64,000 bases of DNA from a virus. Below the pieces are notes generated by a model, which worked only from the letters and a program-made list of their open reading frames with translations, did not search any database and had not been told where the DNA came from. Shown here one piece after another: positions 46,009-55,635 of this stretch. The position numbers and the translations under genes were made by a program. The number at the start of each line of letters is the position of its first letter. The first letter of the stretch is position 1. Where the stretch lies: IMG/VR virus record IMGVR_UViG_3300034069_002176; one strand, 5' to 3'.

Positions 46009-47064
46009 TTAGAACCGCTTGATCATGCTTTCCTTGGCACGACTGACGAAGTTGTCTACCTGAGCCAGTCCGCCTTCATACATGAATGACGGTGCGACAG
46101 GTGCGCCGGTAAGCGGGTAGCTGTCACCGTGCTTCTTCAAGAAGACGCTGACGAGGTTGGCGGTTGCCATTGTGTCGTAGATTGCTTCGTGTGCTCCGTC
46201 GAGTTTGATTCCGGCACGTGCCGCAGCGTCGATAAGCTTGTGGCTCTTCTCGTAACGGTCTACGTCTCTTGACCAGATGAGCGAGCAGAGCATGTCATCG
46301 TAAGAGACTGGGCTGTCAAGACCACCCAGCTTGAATTCGTTTGCGAGGAATGGGTGGTCGAATTTCTTGTTGTGTGAGAGTACCTTGCGGTTCTGAAGAA
46401 GAGCCCCGAACGCAAGTGATACCTCGCTGATGGGCGGTGCCTTGACGAGCATCTCGTTGGTGATCTTGTGGATATGGGTTGCTCCGGCATCTACACCATC
46501 TGCGCTGACAAGCGTATCCCAGTGGTTCTCATAGGCACCGGTCGGGTCGATGTGTACGATGGCGATTTCGATACCACGGTCGCCCTTGTCAGGGTTGAAT
46601 CCGGTGGTCTCGTAGTCGATGACTGCGTAGCCTTCGAAGTCGTGACGCTTGGAGGGAAGACGCTCAGCATCGAGATAGTCTGCGAACACGTCATCGACGT
46701 TACCGAGTGCGTAGGTGTCAACATCTCCGCCTGCCTTTCCGACGATAACCTCGTTCACGAGTTCAGAGAAGCGGATGTCTTCGTAGATGTCAGATTCGGT
46801 CTTGCCGATGTCGAATGTTTCTCCGAATACGGTGTCGTTCAGAAGCTGGTCGCCAGCCTTCCGCTCGATGATGTTGAACGGAACTTTGAGCTTGGCTGCG
46901 ATGTCGGCGTAGTCGTCGATGTTGAGCTTCTTGTACTGTGCGGGGGTGACGCCAACAGTGATTCCAGTGACCTTTCCGTTGCGGACGTGGTAGAAGAACG
47001 AATAGGGGAGGTATTTAGCTGCTGCTTTTTCAACAGCGAGGTGAGCTTCAATAACTGAAGGCAT
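46009..47064 (-). CDS. DEDDh 3'-5' exonuclease (DnaQ/epsilon-like) with N-terminal extension
   Basis: VIDYETTGF, IHKIT, SHNKKFDHPFL, HEAIYDT; start trimmed to ATG 47064. Confidence 0.9.
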   Translation of the reverse strand: MPSVIEAHLAVEKAAAKYLPYSFFYHVRNGKVTGITVGVTPAQYKKLNIDDYADIAAKLKVPFNIIERKAGDQLLNDTVFGETFDIGKTESDIYEDIRFSELVNEVIVGKAGGDVDTYALGNVDDVFADYLDAERLPSKRHDFEGYAVIDYETTGFNPDKGDRGIEIAIVHIDPTGAYENHWDTLVSADGVDAGATHIHKITNEMLVKAPPISEVSLAFGALLQNRKVLSHNKKFDHPFLANEFKLGGLDSPVSYDDMLCSLIWSRDVDRYEKSHKLIDAAARAGIKLDGAHEAIYDTMATANLVSVFLKKHGDSYPLTGAPVAPSFMYEGGLAQVDNFVSRAKESMIKRF

Positions 47065-47261
47065 GAATGACCCTTCTGGTCTGGTAATCGGGCGATAGTA
47101 CACCAGGGGCGACCATAGCGCAAGTGTTGGTACAAACCACCAAATACGTCGAGCTAATTTGGTGGTTTGGTTTGCGAGTATGGGTATCTTTTGCTATAAT
47201 TCTGGTAACGAAAACAAGAGGCTTCTCGAAGCCCATACCGCATACTCGAAAGATTGAACTC

Positions 47262-48596
47262 ATGGCTGAATTACTAGAAGAAGAAATGCTCATCTTGGTG
47301 GATGGCGTGGACAACCACAACAAGTTCTACAACGCCAAGCTGATGTCTTCTGGGGCAATCATCATCCATTACGGTCGCGTTGGCAGTACCGGTGTCGTTA
47401 CAGAATCCCCTGGCGGCAAAGTGGCTTTCGACCGCATCATTCGCGGTAAGCTCCGTAAGGGATACGAGCGTACCGAAATCGTGACGACCACCAAAGCGAA
47501 GAACGAAAGCGAGCAGAGTCACCTGACTCAGGTTGCCAAGACCGTTCTCGCTGGCGAGCAGGGTAACCCCGAGTTGGAATCCCTCATTGAGCGTCTTGTT
47601 CGAATCAACCGTCATGAAATCATCGAAGCTTCTGGCGGTCTCATCAAGGTCGATGCAGACTCCGGTCGCATGAGTACCCCGCTTGGGCTCATCAGCCTGA
47701 AGAGCATCGAGGAAGCTCGCAAAACACTCGACAAGTTGGAGGGTTTGAAGGTCAGCGATGCTGGATTTGTCATTGCGTTGCAGAACTACTTGAAGTTGGT
47801 CCCGCAAAAGGTACCGGCTAAGCGCGGATGGCATGAGACTTTCTTCGATGCGGATGATGCTTACACCAAGCAGCGTGAACTTCTCGATCAGCTTGCTGAT
47901 TCCATCAAGTTCGCAGAGGCGAACAAGGATGCCGAAGCGGAAGCTGGCAAGTCCGAGGATGACGACCTCGCCACCAAGTACGAGAAGCTTTTCAAGTTCA
48001 AGGTGAGTGTCGTAGATCCCAAATCCAAGGAGTTCACGGATATCGTCAAGAAATACGAATCATCCAAGAACGACAACCATGCTTGGAAAACTTTGAAGGT
48101 GAAGCGCATCTTTGCTCTACACGACGAAGAGGGTCAGAAAGAATTCGAGAAGGTAGCCAAGGATATCCGAAACGTGCAGCAGTTGTGGCATGGCTCTCGC
48201 AGTTTCAACATCCTTTCTATCCTCCGCCGTGGTCTTTTCGTGCCGCCTACTACTGGCGGTCAGTACGTAATTGCCGGAAGGATGTTTGGGGATGGTATCT
48301 ACATGTCCAATGACAGCACCAAGAGCCTCGGCTACAGTCATGGTTACTGGTCAGGTGCCCGTGATAGCAATTGCTTCATGTTCTTAGCTGATGTTGCTAT
48401 GGGTTCGGAATACCGCCCTGGTCGTGATTACGACCGCCTCATTCCGCAGAAAGCGCGCACCGAGAAGAACAAATGGGGCAAGCCCTATAACTCCATCAAC
48501 GTCAAGCCAAACCACGGCGGCGTGCGAAACCACGAAGCTATTGTGTGGAACATTCCGCAGGTGAATATCAAGTACCTTGTGGAATTCGAAGCGTAA
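47262..48596 (+). CDS. Poly(ADP-ribose) polymerase-like protein: WGR + helical regulatory + catalytic domains
   Basis: NKFY..HYGRVG (WGR); PLGLIS..YLKLVPQKV; LWHGS, GRMFGDGIYMS..KSLGYS, NHEAIVWN (H-Y-E triad); start ATG 47262. Confidence 0.9.
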   Translation: MAELLEEEMLILVDGVDNHNKFYNAKLMSSGAIIIHYGRVGSTGVVTESPGGKVAFDRIIRGKLRKGYERTEIVTTTKAKNESEQSHLTQVAKTVLAGEQGNPELESLIERLVRINRHEIIEASGGLIKVDADSGRMSTPLGLISLKSIEEARKTLDKLEGLKVSDAGFVIALQNYLKLVPQKVPAKRGWHETFFDADDAYTKQRELLDQLADSIKFAEANKDAEAEAGKSEDDDLATKYEKLFKFKVSVVDPKSKEFTDIVKKYESSKNDNHAWKTLKVKRIFALHDEEGQKEFEKVAKDIRNVQQLWHGSRSFNILSILRRGLFVPPTTGGQYVIAGRMFGDGIYMSNDSTKSLGYSHGYWSGARDSNCFMFLADVAMGSEYRPGRDYDRLIPQKARTEKNKWGKPYNSINVKPNHGGVRNHEAIVWNIPQVNIKYLVEFEA

Positions 48597-48598
48597 TA

Positions 48599-48634
48599 AG
48601 AAACGCCCCGGAGTGATTCATCCGGGGCGTTTCT
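48599..48634. terminator. Bidirectional terminator
   Basis: AAACGCCCCGGA / TCCGGGGCGTTT. Confidence 0.8.
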
Positions 48635-48648
48635 ATATGTAAGACAGG

Positions 48649-49473
48649 CTAGTTCTTCTTAGCCTGTTGCTGCGCAATCCAGTCCTGAACGCGAGCCTCT
48701 TCGGCTGCAATGTTTCGGACGGGCTTGGCGGGAACCGGGGCGGAGAAGTCTGTGAATGTATGCTGGTCAGGAGTCGCCTCGTAGTCAACAATATCAACCT
48801 CTGCGTTACCCTTAGGTGAGATGTGACCGCGAGTTCCAATGCCGGGAACAATCCGAACCTTGGCATCTTCGTCCGCGTCAATACTTACCTTCATACCAGC
48901 ACCAGCAATAACGGTCACGTTGGCATCACCAGACACACGTAATGAGTTGCCCCAGTTCGAATTCAAAACAACGACAGCGTTTCCACTTTCGACATTGAGG
49001 TGCACCATACCCGACCCTACTCGAACGATCATTGGAGTGCCATCCGTAGGAGGAACGACATTGAACGTGTCATTACGCTCAGCCATAGGCTTGCTGTATT
49101 CACTGAGACCGTTGTTGCGTACTCTGCTAGTGTCCGTGTTGACGTTGTTGAGTTCGACCCAACGAACCGCACCCTTCGACTTGCGCCCACTGGCGTCGTT
49201 TAGCTGCTTCTTGGCATCAGCCTGACCTTTCGGCTCGACGATTGTGGAGAAAGCGGGGTATGAGGGATCGAGGTAGGCTTCTGGGTTCCATGTGGCAGTG
49301 GTATTAGGCTTGCCTTCGACAAGACCTGGCTTGGATGCCTTGGTTGCAGTTGCTTTGGGCGGCGCGCCGAGTGTGCGAGTGCGACCACTGGTAGCACCAG
49401 TGTCAACCTTCTTGTTGACGTGGGTCTGCTTACCGTTCTTGTCGGTAATGGGGGTGCGGACTGTAGTAGACAT
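48649..49473 (-). CDS. DKNGK-leader protein, beta-rich C-terminal body
   Basis: Start ATG 49473 after AAGGAGG: MSTTVRTPITDKNGKQTHVNKKVD. Confidence 0.85.
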   Translation of the reverse strand: MSTTVRTPITDKNGKQTHVNKKVDTGATSGRTRTLGAPPKATATKASKPGLVEGKPNTTATWNPEAYLDPSYPAFSTIVEPKGQADAKKQLNDASGRKSKGAVRWVELNNVNTDTSRVRNNGLSEYSKPMAERNDTFNVVPPTDGTPMIVRVGSGMVHLNVESGNAVVVLNSNWGNSLRVSGDANVTVIAGAGMKVSIDADEDAKVRIVPGIGTRGHISPKGNAEVDIVDYEATPDQHTFTDFSAPVPAKPVRNIAAEEARVQDWIAQQQAKKN

Positions 49474-49495
49474 GAATGTCCTCCTTGATGTCATC

Positions 49496-49516
49496 AGTCT
49501 ATCGTTTGCCACTGAC
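49496..49516 (-). promoter_or_regulatory. Class II promoter GTC-N12-TAGACT
   Basis: Minus strand GTCagtggcaaacgaTAGACT. Confidence 0.7.
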
Positions 49517-49594
49517 TTCATAGGTGGACTATTGACTCGATTGGACAAATATCCATTTCTCGCGTAGAATCGTTCTACACCCAGAGAAAAGGTA

Positions 49595-50332
49595 GTGATG
49601 AAAGCCATCCGAAAGACATCGCGCGGTCTTGAGACTCGTATTCAGACGTATGTCAACAACTACGACAAGCACATCACTACGGTAGGTGCCATGCACGCCG
49701 CCACAGAAGAGTCATGGCGAGAACTCATCAATTATCTCGTTGCGGCTGAGAAGGATGGTGCGGAGATTCATCTTGAAGGTGTCCAGCCCGCCGAAGGCAC
49801 AACCGAAGATGAGAAGACTGGCATCGCCGCACTTCTTTCGCTGATGGCGCTCGGTCGTTCGGTTGCCGAGTTGACCGGATTGCAGTACCAGAAGGATGCT
49901 TTCGTCAACGCGCCAGCGTGGAAGGCTCACGATGTCACTGTGCTCGATGTGGTCCGCAAGATGAACAAGAAGATTCTTCTCTACATCGCGAACATCGGTT
50001 CGGAAGATATTCGTATCAGCCCCAGCAAGGCGCTATGGAGCCTCAGGAACATTCACATCCTTAGCTTCTTTGGATCGTTTATCCCGCTGACTCGTCAGAT
50101 CGTCGGTAGTGAGGGCATTCTTCATCAGCGCAACTACTTCGCTACCGAGGCTGCTTTCAACACGCAGTCCGATGTTGTACTTGTGTGGGGCGCTGCTCAC
50201 CTTCCGGGCATGGACAAGATCCTGCGTCGGAACGGGTACCGCCGCGAAAGTACAGAGTGGCGTGTAATTATTCCAGCAGGGTTTACCGCACCAGCAGGTA
50301 GGGTCGCACTAAGCGCCGCCACGCAAGTGTGA
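49595..50332 (+). CDS. Hypothetical protein, possibly TraB/GumN-like
   Basis: GAMH..IHLEG near the N-terminus and WGAAHLPG near the C-terminus resemble TraB-type metal-binding motifs. Confidence 0.55.
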   Translation: MMKAIRKTSRGLETRIQTYVNNYDKHITTVGAMHAATEESWRELINYLVAAEKDGAEIHLEGVQPAEGTTEDEKTGIAALLSLMALGRSVAELTGLQYQKDAFVNAPAWKAHDVTVLDVVRKMNKKILLYIANIGSEDIRISPSKALWSLRNIHILSFFGSFIPLTRQIVGSEGILHQRNYFATEAAFNTQSDVVLVWGAAHLPGMDKILRRNGYRRESTEWRVIIPAGFTAPAGRVALSAATQV

Positions 50333-50382
50333 AATATTCTCAGATTGATTCGATATCGGTACTACTCCGCTACCATTGATGA

Positions 50383-50991
50383 ATGAATAGTACATACGAC
50401 TCTACTTACTCCGGTCCGGTGGACGCTGGCGCTTCAGCAGCATTCGTTTTGATTGAATTGTTGTTTTTCGCCATCTACTACGTCTATTACTCTTACGCCC
50501 TGAGTCGAATCTTCAACAAGATGGGAATTGAGTCGTGGAAGGCATGGGTCCCGATTTACCGCTCATGGGTATTCCTCGAAGCGGGTGGACAAGCTGGATT
50601 CTGGGCGATCCTTTCGTTTATCCCTGTTGTGAACATCGCCGCTGTCATCTTCATGATTTTCGCGGCTAATAACATCGGAAAGGGATTCCATAAGGACGCG
50701 GGGTATACCGTGTTGTACTTCTTCCTTCCATTCGTGTGGGTGGGAATTCTTGGATTCGGTCAGGCTCAGTATGATGACGGATATCTAGACCAGGGTAACC
50801 CTTATCCCGCGAACCGGTATCAGCCTCAGAACCCTTACCTAAACCAGCAGCCACCTGCAACCCAACAACCTTACAACGCCCCTTATGGTTCGACTCCGCC
50901 GCCTCCCCCTGCTCCGTACCAGTACGGAAATCAGAACCCGCCGCAGCCTCCTACACAGAGTGGACCTCCTTCTCTGTCCAAGGATAACTAG
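50383..50991 (+). CDS. DUF5684-like membrane protein with Pro/Gln-rich tail
   Basis: IFNKMGIESWKAWVPIY, IPVVNI, KGFHKDAGY. Confidence 0.8.
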   Translation: MNSTYDSTYSGPVDAGASAAFVLIELLFFAIYYVYYSYALSRIFNKMGIESWKAWVPIYRSWVFLEAGGQAGFWAILSFIPVVNIAAVIFMIFAANNIGKGFHKDAGYTVLYFFLPFVWVGILGFGQAQYDDGYLDQGNPYPANRYQPQNPYLNQQPPATQQPYNAPYGSTPPPPPAPYQYGNQNPPQPPTQSGPPSLSKDN

Positions 50992-51023
50992 ACGATAGCC
51001 CCATGCTCAGGTAGCATGGGGCT

Positions 51024-51704
51024 ATGTCGTTTGCAGAATTCACTGGTATCGCATCAACCGTTCCGTCTTGGGAGCGTGATGAGTCTGAGATTCGTGCGCT
51101 CACTATCGTCCTTGACTTGGAAAAGAACTTGGATTTGACGCATGAGCAGGCATTGCTTGCGACGGCTGCTGCCATCCGTGATTACTTTCTTGACGATAAG
51201 ATTCGTGTTGGTGGTGAATGGCATGAGGCTACTTCGCTGTGGATGGATGGTCGTATTCGTAAGCTCGCTAAGCGCGCACGTGCTGGTGCTTGGGATTCTG
51301 TAACTGCTCTTCCCGGTGTCATTGGTTCATATGCTGATGCCGTCGTCTGGGTTCTTCCTCCAACTCTTATTGACGAGATGGTTCCTGCTATCAAGAAGTT
51401 ACAGGTGCAGGGCTTGGAGTTGGATTCCTCCCCCATCGAGCCTGACGAACGTGCGGAGATCCTGATCGCTTTGAATCCCGCTATCGAAATGACTACCGGT
51501 AAGTCGATGGCACAAGTTGGACATGCTGTTCAGCTAGCCATCATGGAAGCCTCGACCGAGCAGTTGAAGCGTTGGGAGCTAGATCGTCCTGTCATCACTT
51601 TGGTGCCTTTCGGCTCTCGAACCACTTGGCAGGTAGAAGTGAGAGATGCAGGATTTACCGAGGTAGCTCCTAACTCGCTCACGGTTGTAGCTCAGCTAGT
51701 CTGA
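51024..51704 (+). CDS. Peptidyl-tRNA hydrolase, PTH2 family (actinobacterial long form)
   Basis: MTTGKSMAQVGHAVQL and VRDAGFTEVAPNSLTV. Confidence 0.88.
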   Translation: MSFAEFTGIASTVPSWERDESEIRALTIVLDLEKNLDLTHEQALLATAAAIRDYFLDDKIRVGGEWHEATSLWMDGRIRKLAKRARAGAWDSVTALPGVIGSYADAVVWVLPPTLIDEMVPAIKKLQVQGLELDSSPIEPDERAEILIALNPAIEMTTGKSMAQVGHAVQLAIMEASTEQLKRWELDRPVITLVPFGSRTTWQVEVRDAGFTEVAPNSLTVVAQLV

Positions 51705-51803
51705 GAGTTTTCTAAGAGTTGAGTCTGGTCTTATCAACTTTGGAATGAATACGCTGCTCCAGCGTTAATATCTGTACACAACCAAATAGAAGGAGTAGTT
51801 GTT

Positions 51804-52295
51804 ATGAATGAATTCGCTAACAGACCAATAGTTTTTGGACCCCGCAGTCTTGGAGCTTTCTTGGGCGGTGCCGCAGCTTTTGGCGGTCGTGCTCTTGACG
51901 CAGTAACCGAGCCCTACCGGGTCAACCGAGATAACGGTCTCACCACCGTTTCCGTCAATCTTGCCGGTTTCCGTAAGGAAGACATCGATGTTTCGATTGA
52001 CGAGAAGGACAACTTCCTCACCGTCAAGGCAGAGACGAAACAGGAGCCAGATCATTCTGACCCCAACGTGGAAGAGGGAACTGAAGATACCGCAGATACG
52101 GCAGAGTCAGAAAATCCGAAGTCAAAGAGTGCCACTCATGGTTTCTACGACCGTAAGGTGGATCTCAGCTTTGAGCTTCCCGACGATGTTGACTTTGATT
52201 CCGTCAAGTCAACTTACACGGATGGAGTCCTCGCCATTACCTTTGGTAAGAGAACTCCTGAAGTAGTCGAGCCGCGTAAGATTTCGGTCAACTAA
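51804..52295 (+). CDS. Hsp20/alpha-crystallin small heat-shock protein
   Basis: VNLAGFRKEDIDVSI, SFELPDDVD, TYTDGVLAITF. Confidence 0.9.
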   Translation: MNEFANRPIVFGPRSLGAFLGGAAAFGGRALDAVTEPYRVNRDNGLTTVSVNLAGFRKEDIDVSIDEKDNFLTVKAETKQEPDHSDPNVEEGTEDTADTAESENPKSKSATHGFYDRKVDLSFELPDDVDFDSVKSTYTDGVLAITFGKRTPEVVEPRKISVN

Positions 52296-52304
52296 TCGCA
52301 ACAG

Positions 52305-52342
52305 AAAAGGCGGTGTCATTCTCACGAGTGACACCGCCTTTT
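52305..52342. terminator. Bidirectional terminator
   Basis: AAAAGGCGGTGTCA / TGACACCGCCTTTT. Confidence 0.8.
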
Positions 52343-52349
52343 GCGCGCT

Positions 52350-52892
52350 CTATCGTTCTTTTTCGGCGGGTACCTTCGTCACAGTGGTAACTCCCCGAGA
52401 ATGGGCGATGCGATATTGGTCATGGTGTGTGGTTACCCCAGAATATCCTTCCCCGCCAGTTCGATAGGTGTCAAGTCCAATAGCTTCCCATTGTTCATCT
52501 GTGGGAACACCTGATGCATCTCGTGATGCTACGGTTACCTGCTCGATGACAAGTTTATGGAGAACCTTAGGTAGTTTGACTTTGAAGATGAGGTAGTCGG
52601 TTCCATCGTCATCCTGTCCGAGATATTCATTGATGTCGAAAATCCGGTATCTACCATCGGCTTCCCCTTCACCAATCAACTTGACATCACTGCGAGTGCT
52701 ATAGACCATGAATCCAACTTTGTCGCCGCTTTGCTGAGCGGACAGCATTTGATTCAATGAATGCTTGCTGAATGTGACATCGCTGAACTGACTGGTCTTG
52801 ATGAAGCCTTCGTAACCACTGTTATACGGAAGTTCTGATTGATAGAAGCCAGAGATATCTGGGAGTTTCGGGATCTTCCGTGCTTCAGTCAT
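52350..52892 (-). CDS. Hypothetical protein
   Basis: Start trimmed to ATG 52892 (MTEARKIPK). Confidence 0.7.
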   Translation of the reverse strand: MTEARKIPKLPDISGFYQSELPYNSGYEGFIKTSQFSDVTFSKHSLNQMLSAQQSGDKVGFMVYSTRSDVKLIGEGEADGRYRIFDINEYLGQDDDGTDYLIFKVKLPKVLHKLVIEQVTVASRDASGVPTDEQWEAIGLDTYRTGGEGYSGVTTHHDQYRIAHSRGVTTVTKVPAEKER

Positions 52893-52967
52893 ACGGCGAG
52901 TATCGCACGACTGGGTATTTGTTGCAACTGATTTGGTAGGCTGCATTTGTTCAAACGATGGAGAATC

Positions 52968-54707
52968 ATGGCGACAGCACGACGCAAGCCCGCAAAGAGG
53001 AAGACTACTACCACTAAGCGCACCACCACGCGCCGAGCGACCACTAAGGTGGCACCCGTCGATCCAGTCACGTCGAAGAATCCGCTTGACAAGGTATGGG
53101 TTCTGGAAGAAGTTCCTTTCGGTACTCGATTCCCCGGTATGGTGACGGATAAGTCGCGCAATGCACAGCTTTTCATCGGTCGCTCACTTTCACCCTTCGC
53201 GCAGTTCTATGCGTCAACTGACTATTCACTGTCGAGATGGCTGGAAGACGACATCAACGGTGAAGTCCGAAAGGCTGAACGCGCAGCGACGATGACTCCC
53301 CGCAAGGACCAGCAAGAAGACATCGATACCATCATTCGTTCCGTCAACCACGGATCGCGAGGTTTCTTCCTCACGTCGCAGACTGGTACCGGTAAGACAT
53401 TGGTATCTGTCAAGGCAGCCCTCGCCGCAGCGCAGAAAAGAACCGGTAGCCGACCTGCCAATATCCTCGTTGTGGCAAACCGCCCCGCAGCTATCTGCAT
53501 TCCTGATTTCCGCCGAACCATTCAAGCGGTAGGCGATGAAGGAAACCGTTGGCTCGTAACAACAGTAGACCGTGTTCATAAGGTGGCTGACCTGAAGGTG
53601 GACTGGGATGTCGTCATTGTCGATGAAGCTCATGGTTTCCGTGCAGTGGATACTCGTCGTTCCAAGAGCCTCGCCAAAGTCGTCAAGAGTACCGCTTCGG
53701 CTAAGGTTGCACCGTTTACTATCTGGATGACTGCGACCCCCGCTCACGATCCGACAGAGTTGACATACCTCGCTCCCCTTCTGGCACAAGAGCTAGATGA
53801 GCCCGCAAAGGATTGGTCGGGTAAGGATGGTGAGTTCGCTAACTCGCTCATTCGTCATGGATTCCATATCCCTTCCGGTCGGTACGGCAAGCAGTGGACT
53901 GAAAATCCGAAAGAGCGTGCGGAAGATGTACGCCTGTTCCGTTCATGGCTCACTACGGGCGTACCAACCACTCTTTACCGTGAAGCGCCTTGGGGTCAGG
54001 CTCCTTTGGATATCGCAACCATTGATCTTGATCCAACGCGCAAGCAGCAGTACCAAATCGATTGGGTTGATTTTCAAGACGAACTTGCTGCTGCCCGTGA
54101 CGCCGGTCGTGGGGACAAAGGTCGTGCTGCTGTTCTCCGCTGGCGTCAGAAGGCACTCGTTCTTCGCATTCCCGAGATTGTGGAATGGGCGCAAGCGCAA
54201 CTTGATATCGGAAATCAGGTAGTTCTTTACACTGACTTCGTAGGTGTTGGCGCGAACCCGATCACCGAAACCTTACAAGACAAGAAAATCGGCGTCGCAC
54301 GTCTATTCGGAAATGAGTACGATGTCGCCTCTGAGCTTCGTGATTTCTACTCTGGTGATTCACCTATTGCTGTGACAACAATGAGCGCTTCTATCAATCT
54401 GCAATCAGGCGCTATCGGTCAAGATGGTAAGAAGGCAACAATGAACCAACGTGTTGGTGCAATGACTGCCCCTATCTACTCAGGTTTAAAGGGTCGTCAG
54501 GTTATTGGAAGAACTCACCGCGACGGTCAGGTTTCGCCTTGGGTCGTCATGGCTGCCGATGGTACGGTAGAAGAGAACATCTCTCGCGTGATGATCGAAA
54601 GGTTCGCTGCTTCTGATGGACTTGCTGGCGCGGATACGTCTGCCCTGCAACGCGTGGCGGAACTCATCGGGGCTGACTGGCTAGACCTTTCTACACCTGA
54701 CGAATAA
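52968..54707 (+). CDS. SF2 DEAH helicase-like protein
   Basis: QTGTGKT, VDEAH, MTATP, QVIGRTHRDG; basic N-terminus; start ATG 52968 after GGAG. Confidence 0.85.
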   Translation: MATARRKPAKRKTTTTKRTTTRRATTKVAPVDPVTSKNPLDKVWVLEEVPFGTRFPGMVTDKSRNAQLFIGRSLSPFAQFYASTDYSLSRWLEDDINGEVRKAERAATMTPRKDQQEDIDTIIRSVNHGSRGFFLTSQTGTGKTLVSVKAALAAAQKRTGSRPANILVVANRPAAICIPDFRRTIQAVGDEGNRWLVTTVDRVHKVADLKVDWDVVIVDEAHGFRAVDTRRSKSLAKVVKSTASAKVAPFTIWMTATPAHDPTELTYLAPLLAQELDEPAKDWSGKDGEFANSLIRHGFHIPSGRYGKQWTENPKERAEDVRLFRSWLTTGVPTTLYREAPWGQAPLDIATIDLDPTRKQQYQIDWVDFQDELAAARDAGRGDKGRAAVLRWRQKALVLRIPEIVEWAQAQLDIGNQVVLYTDFVGVGANPITETLQDKKIGVARLFGNEYDVASELRDFYSGDSPIAVTTMSASINLQSGAIGQDGKKATMNQRVGAMTAPIYSGLKGRQVIGRTHRDGQVSPWVVMAADGTVEENISRVMIERFAASDGLAGADTSALQRVAELIGADWLDLSTPDE

Positions 54708-54795
54708 TTATCGGGTGCCTATGATCCTGCCGTGACTGCCAGAGTATTTCAGCAATACCCTGGCGAATTCATTCGCAATGTGCAATGATTCGTTT

Positions 54796-55524
54796 ATGGC
54801 AGATAACAACGTTCCCGCAGGGTGGTATCCCGACGCCCAAAACCCGTCTATCAATCGTTGGTGGGATGGCACTCAGTGGACTGAGCACACCCAGCAGACG
54901 CAGCAGCCTGTACCGCAGCAGGCGCAGCCCTATGGTCAGCAGCAGTACACGCCTCAGAATGGACAGGGCACTCCTACCATTCCCGACCCCAATAACTTCA
55001 ACTACAACCAGCAGCCCCAGAAGCCCGTCAACAAGGGTCTTATCATCGGTCTCGCTAGTGCGGCGGCAGTCGTGATTATCGCGGTTATCGTAGTTATCGC
55101 TGTTGTTATTGGCGGTGCAACGAAGTCCAATGAGGGTTTGAAGCTTCCGAGTGAATCACAGTCACCCTCGTCGTCTTCTCAGCCTTCCGAGAGTCCTTCG
55201 GATGAGCCCTCGACTGGTTCTGGCGATGTCGCTGACCCCGACCCGAACACTATCAGCCCGACCGAACAGCGTTTTGCTGATGGTTCGAATGCTTACTTCA
55301 AGAAGATTGGCTATGGCGCTAAGGATGATGCAACCATCGTCAAGTTCGGTTACTCAGCTTGTTCCGCTGTTGCCGGTGGTATGACGAAGCAGACCTTCAC
55401 CGACTTCATCCAGAAGAATGCGACCAGCACAACCGAGGCTCAGGCTATCGGATTCATGTTCGGCGCTGGTGTTGCGACGCTTTGCCCCCAGTACACCGAC
55501 ACGGTGAGTTCCTGGATCAAGTAA
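54796..55524 (+). CDS. DUF2510 + TM + DUF732-like membrane protein
   Basis: PAGWYPD..RWWDGTQWT (DUF2510); GYSAC..GAGVATLCPQY (DUF732-like). Confidence 0.85.
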   Translation: MADNNVPAGWYPDAQNPSINRWWDGTQWTEHTQQTQQPVPQQAQPYGQQQYTPQNGQGTPTIPDPNNFNYNQQPQKPVNKGLIIGLASAAAVVIIAVIVVIAVVIGGATKSNEGLKLPSESQSPSSSSQPSESPSDEPSTGSGDVADPDPNTISPTEQRFADGSNAYFKKIGYGAKDDATIVKFGYSACSAVAGGMTKQTFTDFIQKNATSTTEAQAIGFMFGAGVATLCPQYTDTVSSWIK

Positions 55525-55589
55525 TACCGTTTCATTAAGCAGGCGGATTCTTCTTCGGAGGGGTCCGCCTGACTTGTATTCAGGAAACT

Positions 55590-55617
55590 TTGCATTCACT
55601 TTCAGATTCGATATAAT
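55590..55617 (+). promoter_or_regulatory. SigA-type promoter
   Basis: TTGCAT-N16-TATAAT upstream of 55636. Confidence 0.6.
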
Positions 55618-55635
55618 TGACCCAGAAGGAGACAC

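Noticed and set aside
27497-47058. Long antisense/overlapping ORFs (27497..28189-, 37712..38473+, 44785..45333-, 46468..47058+; also 47274..47834-, 60294..60863-)
   Set aside because: They lie opposite genes with clear family motifs and show no motifs or RBS of their own; they are shadow ORFs.
26304-47113. Additional class II promoters at 26304 (GTC-N13-TACGAT) and 47113 (GTC-N10-TACTAT, minus strand)
   Set aside because: The spacing deviates from the invariant 12 nt and the genes lack the leader; these are treated as chance matches.
4611-49473. DKNGK leader as a DNA repeat, MITE or CRISPR-like element
   Set aside because: The copies differ mostly at third codon positions, have no inverted ends or regular spacing, and are always in frame at protein N-termini.
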